A stretch of 64,000 nt of DNA from Bugula neritina (Eukaryota; Animalia; Bryozoa): NCBI GenBank assembly GCA_964035545.1, contig OZ037766.1:22866767-22930766 (forward strand), given 5' to 3'. This document shows positions 14,482 to 27,100 of the stretch, one piece after another. The position numbers and the translations under genes were made by a program. A model generated the notes under the pieces. The model had not been told where the DNA came from, did no database searches, and saw nothing but the letters and a program-made list of their open reading frames with translations. The first letter of the stretch is position 1. Every line of letters begins with the position of its first letter.

Positions 14482-15166
14482 ATGGACTAAAATAATACTA
14501 TCTAAATGACCTCATGTAATTTATGTACATATATTGTAATTTACATCTGAAATTTAGCTAGTGAATTTTTAAAAACACTGGTATGTTTTTTTTAGTTATT
14601 ATGAAAGTAATAATGACAACATACCTGGTGTTCTGCGCTTTATTTTGGTATAAAAATAAAAAAATTATAGGATAGTATTAATAAATAGAAATATTTGAAG
14701 AGGTTAAGTAACCTACGAAAAAAAATTATTGAGGTTCATAATACTCAGTATAAGTAAAAATATCTCTCTAATTCTTAAGTAATAAAACTAATTTAAAAAT
14801 ACTTGAACTGATATTAAGTAACAGAATGTATATAATAAGCAATTAAATTCAACAAAATAGTTTTTAAAACCACCATTTTCTATCAGATCAATGAGTTACA
14901 AGTTGGTGGCAACAATTGATACTTGTGTGTAAAACTGGTTAAATCACCACAATACTAGAAGATACAAATAACAAAACTCAAAATATACATTAGCACCCTA
15001 TTACAAGGCTGAGTATATGATTATATGGACACAAATATTGTAGCGTATGGTGAAACAGGCTGATGCGTAGCTTCGGTCATGTTAATATAGGCAGTGTTGA
15101 ACAAAAACGAAATATGAGTATTATGCTATTACTACATCACAGTCAAGCGAAGTAAGTTTGTGGTGA

Positions 15167-18100
15167 TCATGTGTCTTGAGACTCCAGTTTGTTCAGAACG
15201 AGTTGACAATCATGTGTTGACTCTCTGGAGTTGAGTCGAGGTAAAGCTACCGGCGTGCGACCTTTCTGTCTACCTGTAACTCCACTATCAGAATAGTCAA
15301 CTGAACTAAGCTGTTGCCTGTGATTGTCAGCAGGAAAAGCTGTATGCACATTGCTCGTGTTGAATACCACATTTGCGTAAATTGGCTCGGTGTCTGCACT
15401 TTCCACTGAGCTATCATGTGACATACAAGTCCCATCCGTTGAGTGATGTCTTCTGCTTTTATCTGGTTCGTATAGGTTCTTGTTAATATACTCTACATTT
15501 CTAGTGAGTCTACGGCCACTAGGCATGTAATCATATAACTCGGCATTTGCAATAGCTGTATCTATATCACTTTCTTTACGCCGATGAGATACCGACATTT
15601 TCAATGGCGCAGAACTAGCATGTGACTGTGCTGGGTTAAAAGCTTCATTTGGACCAGGTGTGTTTGAATTTTCAATTTTTGTGAGTTTTGCAGAAGTTGC
15701 AGGGAATGCCTGTGTCTTAGAACCCGGAACAGAGAGATCTGGTAAGCTAGTAGCAGAACAATCTGCTGAAAGGGAAGAAAGTATAGGAGTGTTGCTGCTG
15801 TACACAGAGTGAGGACGATCGTTCACATTGGTACGGTTTCCAAGAGGGCGTTTCTGGTATACGCTGGTAGAGTTCTGGCGCTTGTAGTCACTGGTCACCA
15901 CGTTAGAAGTGCTCTTGAAGTTTTTATAAGCATGATTTATAGATGGAGAAGTCTGTGTTGAAGACAACATGGCCGTAGAAGTTGGAGTACTTCCGACTAA
16001 ATTTATATTGTTGACCGAGAATGAGAAGGCATCGGTCAGACCAGTCTCCTCTAGACACACAGAGTCTTGGGAGGAAGAATTACTATGATTTGATTTAGGC
16101 ATGTGCAATGGTGTGTAACCATATGTGTTACTAATCGCAGAAAATGCTATATTAGAAGCTTTTCTGTTTTCAGCTAGTGCTCCAGAATTGGAGATTGCAG
16201 GTCTGCTGTTGATAGAATGTTGTCGTTGAGGATTTACTGAGACAAATTCTCTTTTGATATGAGATGAATTTTCGGAAGGACCAACTAGATATGAAGGTGC
16301 AGGATATATTGGCTGTTTTTCCTCTCGTGGAATGCTTTGCGCAGGTGAGTGTGATTCTGAATGAGACATTGGATGGCAAGAGTCAACAGGTTTGTTGGAT
16401 GAGAGCACCTGCTGGCTAGTAACCACTGATGAGGGAGATGGCACATGGTGACTAGAAGGAGCAAGTGATATAAGCAAGGATGCTTGCTGTCTGGGTGTAA
16501 CAGGTGATGTAGCAACAGGAAGCTGTTGATTATTGGTATAAGACAGCTTGGGAGAAGGCAGACGTTGGTCACGCGTTACCGAAGAGGGTACCTGTTGATG
16601 AAGAGCTGCGTGTGTCATAGAATAAGATGGCCGATGTTTAGCAGTTTCGTGTGTTGCATTAGGTGAGATAGGTGTTGAATAAGACACTTGCCTGCTGCTT
16701 GATACAGGATATGACATTTGCTGACTTTGCGATGTTTGAAAGGCTGCTTGTTGGCTAGCAGGTGAGTGTGATGCTAGGTTGAGCTCTTGATGGCCAGTTG
16801 TGAATGGTGAATGAGACGTTACTTGTTGGTTCATAGAAACAGGCTTTGAAGTTACAGAGGTCTGGGGGTTAGGGTCAGCATGTGCTGGGAGCCTATTGGC
16901 AGCAGGGGCAATAACGGAGCTCACATTAGCATAAATATGTTCATCAGCTTGATGTTCTGTAGTTAAGGTCTGTGAAGTTGGTGTTTGAGTGGTGGGAAAA
17001 CCCCCTGTTTCAGCCAACGGTAAACCTTCTTCAGCAACACTATCGCCAGTATATCGCCGCCTCACACTTCTCTGCTGTCGGTCAGTAGATGAAGTGCTGT
17101 GTGTTGATGAATAGGACCGAGAAAGACGAGCTTGCTCTGCTTGATGCACACATTGCTCCATTTCCAGCTGCCGCCATTCTTTTTCGTGAGCATCCCACGA
17201 ACGAGAAGCATCAAAATCAGAAAAATCAGCTTGAACTCTTGGACTAGAGACCTCCGGGGTAGCCTGAAACAGTAAATGTTTTGAAATTGTTTTATTGAAA
17301 GACTTTTGACACTTAGTATTTTTAGATAATTAGAAAAATTGAAATTTACCCAATCCATGAAAACACATGCATCAGAAAAGCAATTTCATGATGTGGGGGG
17401 AGGGGAGACTTATAATTTAGGCTTGAATGTTACTTTGATGATACCTTTAGGGTATTTTTATTTTTCAGTATTGCAGGATCTAGTTCAACAGCATACGTAG
17501 AAGTTAGAAGCGTTGAGTCTCAAGCTTAGAAGTACCAGGTAGCAGGGTACCATAATATCCACATATTAAACTCAAATGATGATACTATCATTACAATGAT
17601 GTCCATTACAATACCATAACGCGGGCCCTTTTTTATAATAAATGATTTTGATAATTAATAGTGAGAAAACAATGAGTAATCCGAATAAGTTTCAGGGTAA
17701 GACAAGTAGGTTACCTGGACATCACTCTGAAGAGAGCTAGACTGAAGCTGGGCTGTCTTGTGTTTGGCGTTGAGTAATGTAGCCTGGGAATGAAAATGTT
17801 GAGGACGAGAGGCCAACGACCCTTTCCATGTTCCAGTCTCCCGAGCCACTTTGATGATATCACTGGGCTCAGTGTAAGCAGGTTTAAAGACCACCCCTGC
17901 AGATGACACAACTCCTTATAGCTAAATATACAGCTCGGCCAAGATGCAAAGCCCGCAATTTATTCCCTAATAGAAAAACGGATACCTAGCGTTGCTCTTA
18001 TTATATCATTATCTTTTGATAAAGCTACACAAAATATAATTTTAAAGTTCTAATAAAAACAGTTACAAAGGCAATTGCATACATTTAAATAATGCATTTT

Positions 18101-21100
18101 TATTGCTTATTATTACATAGTTATGAAAAACATTTGGCAATCACTAAAATGAATCACTATTTTGGTAAAACTGCAAAATTTCAACCCAAAAAGTCACTCC
18201 AATCATGTGCTTGAGAAAATATTTTTTGGAAAAATTTTATAATAAACAAATTGTGCTACGTGGTACCTGGTGTGACTGATTTGGCTAGTGATTCATCATC
18301 ACAAATTGGCGCTCCAGTAGGAACAGGCGAGAGCTGACTCGTCGAATCAAAAAATGACTCATGGGAGGCAGATCTGATAAGTGGCATTGCTTCCTTCTCA
18401 TCTACAAGAATTCAGAGACTCCAGAAAGTGATGACATGCTGTTTGTTCAGCAGAAGATAGGTCGACACACAGTGAGGGTTGGGGTAATTGCAATTAATCT
18501 CAACCCTGCATACAGTGAGAACTCAGTTCAGCAACTTACCGTGTTCTTGCTCTAACAAATCTGAGCAAGATCCTGTAGCACCTCTGATGTCTATGTCAGT
18601 TAGAGAAAGTGTAGCTTTCAATTTTTTGAAATTTGTTTGAGACGGCCTGGTCAAGTGCCCGATATCACTGTCAGTTATAGCTGGATCTTCATATTTCTCT
18701 GTAACCAAGAAAATACATTCAATTGTTTCAGTGAACCAATGAATAGGCTTAGGCATCCCAACCACCATTGTAAATTAATCTAATATCAAGAAATCTATTG
18801 AATTAGAAACTAACAGCAAACATAACCGGTCTATTGAGACTAATTTTACCATCACCCAAAACAAATTGGTTAGCCAACAATTTAGAATCTTCAGAATTAC
18901 ATAACATCACATGACATGAGTAAATATAGCCACATGACTAATACCATATACCACAGAGAGTAATTACTCCATTAGCTAAGCATGCTTTGAAAAATAGAAG
19001 CTGACTGAGCAGAAGTCATTTTCAGGACTCAAACTTACCAAATCCGGGAGTGGTGTTTAACCACTTTTCTACATAATCTAAATAATCACACCCAAAACAC
19101 TACATATCAGAAATGCACATCATAACAGAAACAGTTACACAACAAATGGAGAGCACAAGCATAGCATGTTGGGCACTACAGATTTGAAAAACTATTTTAT
19201 AATTGCAGGTAAAATATTTTGTAAACTTGCAATGCATGTAATAAGAATACCCTGTTCCTAAGGAAGCTAATAGAATTGTAAATGTGTCTAAAATTATAGA
19301 CAATTCTTAAGGTTTCAATACAGTAAACAAAACTCATCCAGGCAATTATTGCCAAAACTTTGAGCAAATGTTGAAAACACATAATGAGAGACTGAAAAGT
19401 AAGCCGTCGTATCAACAGAATCTGATGACTATCACAATTTTAAGCAGCATAACAAATTCAGGTATATTTTCATTTTCATCTCCAACTCGTTGATTTAAAC
19501 TAATTATTTATAGAAGGCAAAACAATGAGTATCCGATATAACCTGCTAAAATGTTCAGCTATTTCTCAAGCAATTCTATTGATTGTTTTTACAGCAAAAT
19601 ACAAATAAAATTTGACTGCTACAGCCACACAAAATATTGTCCCAATTTCACTTGTGATGTGACATCAAGTAAGGCAGTAGCACTAAATCAGAGTGCAATG
19701 ATGGAGTGGAAGCAGAGGCTAGTGTAGAAGCATATGTGCGACAAAAAAGCGCTGCACTATAATAGTACATTTGAAATCTTTATCAAGTTTTATATATTAT
19801 GCTTGACCGAGTAAAAATAAACTAACTTTTCTTGCTACTACTTTTGGCACTGTGGTGTCTGCCCCTGTGGAAGAAAGACTTCCATCTAGAAGGAGATTTC
19901 TCTCTGTTGGTGGTGGGAGTCAGAGGAGATGTGGCAGCACTCATCTTACTCAGTTCACTGGTGGCACTCGCATAACTATCTCTGGTATACGATACGTTGC
20001 TTCTTCTATAAGACAAAACCTCCAATATAATACATGAATTACAGTCAGTGCAGTAAGAAAAGCAAAATAGTTCAAAACGCCTGAGAATTTTCAAGTAAGT
20101 TAATCTTATCTGGCAAGTTTATTAAAACACAATTAATCAAAACTCAAATTGAAAGTTGGTCCAACATTTGAAGATTTAAGCTAGGTCTGCATCAAAAACT
20201 TTTAAAATAAACTGACCTAATTCAATTATAGTAATAGGTGAACCACTTATGTAGGCAACTAAACACTTAGGAAAAATGACAATACAAATATTACAGAGTG
20301 ACTTGGTATTGCTAGCAAGGATAAACAAGACCTGTCGGAGAAGTTGATGACGGTATGAAAGACAGGCACAATATCCTGTTCCCCGACATCTGGAGTGACT
20401 GCGCTACCAGACAGTGCTGGCTCGGTGTGCCTGTAGGCTGCACTGTGGGCAGACAAATCATTCATCATCATTTGCTGTGCCTCTACCAAAGAGAGGAGTC
20501 TAGTGGAAGGGCTGAAGAGAGGCATAGAGCTGAGGCTATCTGTCCCTTTACCAGCTGCAACAGCACACACAGCTATACTAAATTGAAAAAATATACCAAC
20601 AGTACCACTAAATACGAGAAATAATCTGGTACACATTTAGATTGCCTGTAGCGACTATAAACGTACAGCATATTGAGATGAAGTGATGTAAAACTAGACA
20701 TGTATAAAATAAACAACATGAAAAGCAACATACTAATACTAATGCGACATTAAACTACTTAAGATCACATTACAACAGAGCATATGTTCTGAACAGAAAA
20801 CTAACAAAGTTCTTACAGTTATGATTTTGTAACCATGGGACACGTATCCTTCTAAATACAACTACAACACCATCATAGACAGTGTGACATGCAATATAAA
20901 ATGGCGCACTATATCTAGTACGAGTATATTACTCAAAAATATACATATTATTATGTTCAAGACCTTCTAACCCACTATACAGCTATAATAATAATACACA
21001 GGTTTTGTAGCATACATCACATGTATAGGGACAGATAGCATTACATACCATCAGTGCTAGATGAACTGCCAGCCACATTGAACACACTGTGATAATTTGT

Positions 21101-24100
21101 GATCATTGCTTCCACTACAGTGGCCTGTACACTGATTGTATGCAACATCTCAGGTGGAGATAATCTCCCATTCTCCATCGCATCAGATCTAAATATTATT
21201 TTATTTTATTTACAAAAAACTTTTTAATAAATTACATATGTGACCTGGCACCACAAAACAAGGGATGTATATAAAATGTTGGATACCTAGTTATTACTAT
21301 GGAGTGATAGAGCAGACATTTTTGAACATTTTGCACTTTATTTGAAGTCTCTAGCATAAATAGAACTCGAGATATCAGTATTTAAAAACCTTAACGTTTT
21401 TAGAATTTCTAAATTACTGTTTCGAGAAAATCGCGTTTAAAGTTGGCAACTCTAGAATAAGTTGAGAATTATTTGTTTACAATTTACAAGCCTTAGCAAC
21501 GGGTCTTTGTATAATAGGAATAGTGACAAATTTGGTATCAAAATAATTGTGAAAGTTTGGGCTTTCTGTTAAACTAAATTTCATGCTGCCTCAACATAAA
21601 ATTAGGTCAAATATGGCCGCCAAACTTTTTGTCTAATTTATTTGTCAATTTGCTTTTTACTTTGTTTAATGGTTGAAAGGTTTAACAATTCCAGCAAAGA
21701 AGATGTTTCAGCAAGTTTGTGTGTTGAGATATTTAAATTAGGTATCAAAGTCAGCAGAAAATCATATAAAACAAAATGGCAGCTGCTTCCTCTTATACAT
21801 TGAATACCTCCCTTTCCTCTAATATATTCTGTAATATATCAAACTGCAGCTATTGAGCTGTGCTGTTTCATAATTATTGCTCTATGAGTAGAACACTTAT
21901 GAGAAAATTATTTGACTATTATGAGATCATGCGAGGTTCATTCATAAATATCTTTATAATCTCTAACAGCAACTAAATTTAGCAATTGATTTGGCTGAGA
22001 TATTGAAAATATTATAAACATAAAATCAGCTATTAGAACTTTTGAGTTTTATTAGGCATTAATATTCACATTTAAAACATCAAATACATTATTTTAAAAA
22101 CCAATTAAATGCAGTAAAAAATCCAGCCTGGATACAACCATTATGCTTGAATTAACTCTTATCAAGAAAAGAAAATTAGATAGCTTCTACGGTTTTTGCA
22201 GAGAAGGCACTTATCATCTTTCTACTTTCTTGGTCTTCGTAATATGAGTTTACGGAGTATGGACACATAACATCATGTGTGTGGCAAAAGCTTCATCACT
22301 ATCATCAGTTGATTTTCTAGCAATTATAGATGCTGCTACTTGACCTCCATCCTGCAAATCTACCCACTTATTGTCTATTCCAGAGCTGAAAGTACAATGT
22401 TGACTTTTTTTAAATAACAAAAGGAAACGGTAGCTTGATTAGAAATTATACCCAGTTATATTATAAAAATTTAGTTGGCTAAACACTCTTGTAGTACTAT
22501 TATGGCAGTAGTTAATTGTGATCCTGCATTTCATCAACGTTTAAATTTATTGAATTAAACAGAACAATTTAAATTAAAAAAATGCTTGATAATTTTCAAG
22601 CACATCATTAAAAGACTGCAAACCTTTTTATAAATGAAATAAGCAGAAGCCATAACCTTGCAAGCAAAAATTCGGAGTGTCTACATTAGAAGTATTAGAT
22701 TGATAGGTAGTAGAGTTGTGTAGGTATAAGTCTTCACTCTAATGCCCTCACAAGTGCACTTTCTAAAATGTACAGAATATCGGATTATTCTATATTAACA
22801 TAGTATTATCAGTAAAATTACACATTATGCACTTGAATATCTAGCATATTTGCAATTGGCAATTTTGAAGCAATGTCTTTAGATAACTATTAACCACTCA
22901 GGCATTTAATTGAGTAAAAAAGCTAGCTAAGTGCAACTGAATCTATTAGAGACATTTACTATAAAATCAATTTGAATTCAATGAATTACTTTAAAATATG
23001 AATAAATTTTTGCTCATCTTATAATAAAATTAAAAAGTTTAGACTATTTATGCATTCAGTTAGTGTTACTACTCACTAAATAAGACTAAAAGTAACTTAC
23101 TGAAAAACTAAGTCAGTCAACTATAGAATCATCATGAACTCGCATTAATATTTCATCATTATAATCATTTACATTTAGTCACATTTATCATTTCAATTTG
23201 GTTATAGGTGATGCTTTTATCAATATAAATATGATTATCAATTGAGTTTTGATAGTAACACTAACTGTAAGCCTGCATAATGTGATAAAGATTTTATCAT
23301 TATATTTTAAATCAAACTTTGAGCTAAATTAAAAATCACAAAAGGAACCGGTAGTTTGACTAGTACTAGTAGGCCTAATGTTAATACTAATAGTAATAGT
23401 AATCAGTAACTGTATTGACAAAATCTAAGACAGAGGCTAAAAGTTACTAAGAGTAAGAGTAAGTCTAATGTAAATTGAAATATCAACTATAGAATAAATC
23501 AATAAATATAATACTATCAGTATGAGTATCAAGTTTTAATAGCAAAGGCAAAACTCAGAGTCAGACCCAAATACTAATACAGTAATACTAATAACTATAA
23601 GTAATAAGTAATAGTAATACTAATAGTAATAGTAATAGTGAATTTATAATTATTAATTACTTATACTTATACAGTTATAGTTATACTTATACTTATAGTT
23701 ATACTATTAGTATTAATATTAATGAGTTACATTTGGTTTTACTACCAAATACCAGTATCAGTAAATCATGAATAATAGTCATTATGATTATCATTATGAG
23801 TAACCGTACCTCAAACTGTGAGTCATAGTGAAAGTCATTTAAATAGTTACTAGTAGTAGTATAGAATAGAATAGACTAAGACATACTCCTACTCCTAGTC
23901 ACTAGGCTAGTGATAGTATAAATATTATTAAATTGATAACTACAAATAATCCTGGCAACAATTCTAAGTTAGTAGCGTAAATGATTGTTTTGAGTATAAT
24001 TACCTGTATTGTTGTGGTTTTCAAGCTCGAACGCTAAAGATAAAGATTAAGTTCAGCATTTATCACCAAAGGGCAAAACAGCTCAGTAACTTAAAAGCTA

Positions 24101-27100
24101 ACTTTGGATGGAACACGATGAAAAACTAAAACTAGCCTTCGATTTTAAATATGATGCTTCTGACAGTACGAAGAAAGAGGTGTAAGCTAAATTCATTTGA
24201 TAAAAAATAAATTTGCAAGACCTCATGTTATTAAAGTGACTAAAATTGTCTTCTTTCTTTAATCGATAACTTCGCAATTTTTTCATCATTTAAAAAATTG
24301 AAAGCCTTAGTTACCAACTTTAAACGCAATTTTAGAGCTGAAGGAATCATCAAATGCTTACGAAAGTATGATTTTTGAAATCCCTATATTTCTTTGCATT
24401 AGAAAAGTCTAAAATCTAAAAATCGGAAATTAATTTCAAATTTAAGTATTTCCAAATTAAACCTTCATTTACTACACTTAATAAACGCCGCCACATCCCC
24501 GGTTTTGTCGCGACTGGTCACATATGCATGCTAATATCAATGGTGTTAGGTAAGCATACCTAAAGTAGATATTGTATTTTTACAAAGGCTATAAGAGTGG
24601 CAAAGTGATGCAAGTTATATCAACAGTAAACATGTATGCTTTCCTAACTTCCACAGCCAGAAATACCTCATTAAGTTTGGTGACCACACAATGGCCAAGT
24701 TCTTAGAGTTCATCCCGGTTTTATCTTCATGTAAAGACATCTTGTAAAGATGGGCGAAGAGATACTTGGCCGTCCTGTAGTGAGGTGGAGGAAGGCGAGC
24801 TATGGAACTTTGCAGCTGCAGGAGTCGTTCTTCCCCTTTCAACTCGACACATTTCTGCAAACAGAATTGTATTCAATAAAATGATAGAATAAACGTTACA
24901 ATCTGTATGAGTCATTTTACTTAATTTAGCACACACTCGGAATCTTTAGTCTTCAGCTATTTTTCACAATTTAGCTGCTAATGTATATAGGAATTTGCCC
25001 AAAACCAATAAAATATCAATAAATACAACTAAAAAACCAAGGCTCTTTTTAATTTTGTTTGATTTCCTATGTTTTTTCCTAATTATTCAGTTTATTTGAA
25101 TTTTCGGACTGTCATAAAAAACCATAACGGTCTGCAAATCCAAATTAGTTTGGATTTGCTGTATTTAGTTGAACCTTGATACTACAAATAGCCTTTTAGG
25201 AGGACTAGATGACTCACGCAGAAGGAATCATACAGCTGATAGGTTATCAAGGGGTTTGGAAGCTCCCGGAAGTACATCTTCAAAACAGAAGTTACTGTGT
25301 GCAAGTCTGACAGGCCTTCATCATCCAGAACATCTACTGTCCCCTCATCAAATCTCGCTCTACATTTATTTGTCTTACAAATAGACTTGTGCACAGCAAT
25401 GTAATAACATGAGTATTATATAATATAACATAACATAATATAATAAAGTAATAACATGAGTATTATATAATATAACATAATATAATAAAGTAATAATATG
25501 AGCCAAGCGTGCTTCATGAGAGAATTAATCATTACCATGCAAAGTATTACAAATAATTAAAACCATGTTTACAAAAATAAAATACTCATAATATATGTGT
25601 CGGAAATTATTGTAAACAAAATCTTCACTTAACATGAGAGAAAATATTACATAGAAATATCGATGTACAATTGAATGCATAACATAGATGATTACCTAAG
25701 AAATTGAACATGGGACGCAACTCCTGAAAGCCTGTATATTCCATCAATCATTCCATGTAGTTCAACCACTTGACAACACAAAAATAATACTTGTGGCACT
25801 GAAAAATAAAACATATCAGATTGCAAGTAAATGTCAGCAAATCAATTGTTTACTAAATTACTAATATGATCAATAATGAGTCATTGATTTAGCTAAAAGT
25901 AAGTCACTGATTTACGTAGGAGTGAGTGACTGGTTCAGTTAGTAATGAGTCACTAGTTTAGTCAAGAGTGAGTATGTCCTTACCGCTAAGATGGTAGTTA
26001 GATAGATGTTCCCCCAAATCACAGCCAAACACTCGCTCTTTCACGATTCCATTTCTCTTCAGAGATGTCCTGTTTGGCCTTGAGGTGAAAAACATTCTAA
26101 GGAATGTGATGACTTTTCCTCTTCTTAGTAAAACTACAACGAGTAAGTAGACAGTGGAGTGACTCCCCATCTATGCTTGAAAGAGATGCTTTCTTAACTA
26201 TTAAGATTAAATTATTTCGGTCTTAAAAAAGGTTAAAAATACAGGAAAAATTATATTTAAATGTTGGTGTGTCTTAAAAGAATTATCTCAATTATGGGGT
26301 TTCTAATTTTGTCCCAATAGCACACAGATTTTCACAAATATTGAGCTATTTATCACTTTAGGGACAAAATAAATAAACAGTTTACCACGAGAAAGTGCAT
26401 TTGACCTCTGTCACCAATTATAAAATATTCATAGCAGCAATATTTGGGAAGCAGTTAAAAATGCAGAATAACTGTGGTGATTAGCTACAAAATTAAATTG
26501 ATTAAAACTCAGTTTTGAAAATTTAAAGCCGTTAAAGTTACATACACACATTTGAGTCTCAATAGTCTATGTTGTCATAACATGGTTTTGCAAAGTCACC
26601 AAGTTCAACTTGAAATAGATATAAAATTTATATTAGCCACTTTTACCCAGCAAACCACCAAAGTTATTTTGCAAGACTCACATAACATTGATAGCTTACA
26701 AGTAAAACATGCAAATATATGGTTAGAGTATTATACTGATAGGCTAGAACATAACTTAAGGAAATAGCAACACATACAGATTTAAAATAAAATAAGAAAC
26801 TATTTCTAAAATTGAATGAACATTTACTTACCAGGATATGCAATGTACAAGTTTGTTGAGATGATGAGCTAAGCTATGCCTCGTATTATATACTTTAGGT
26901 GATAGTTTTGAGTGTGCAAATCAATAAAAATTATGACAGTATTTACTATTTATTATATTATACTGTTGACATATTAAACACACGTTAATCAATAACTAAT
27001 GCTGGTATATCCTTACCTGCAAGGAGTGTGTAAGCCCAGTGGTATTAGTTGACTTACTAACTATGCGCCATCAACAATAACTCACACAAGTTTATAGTCA

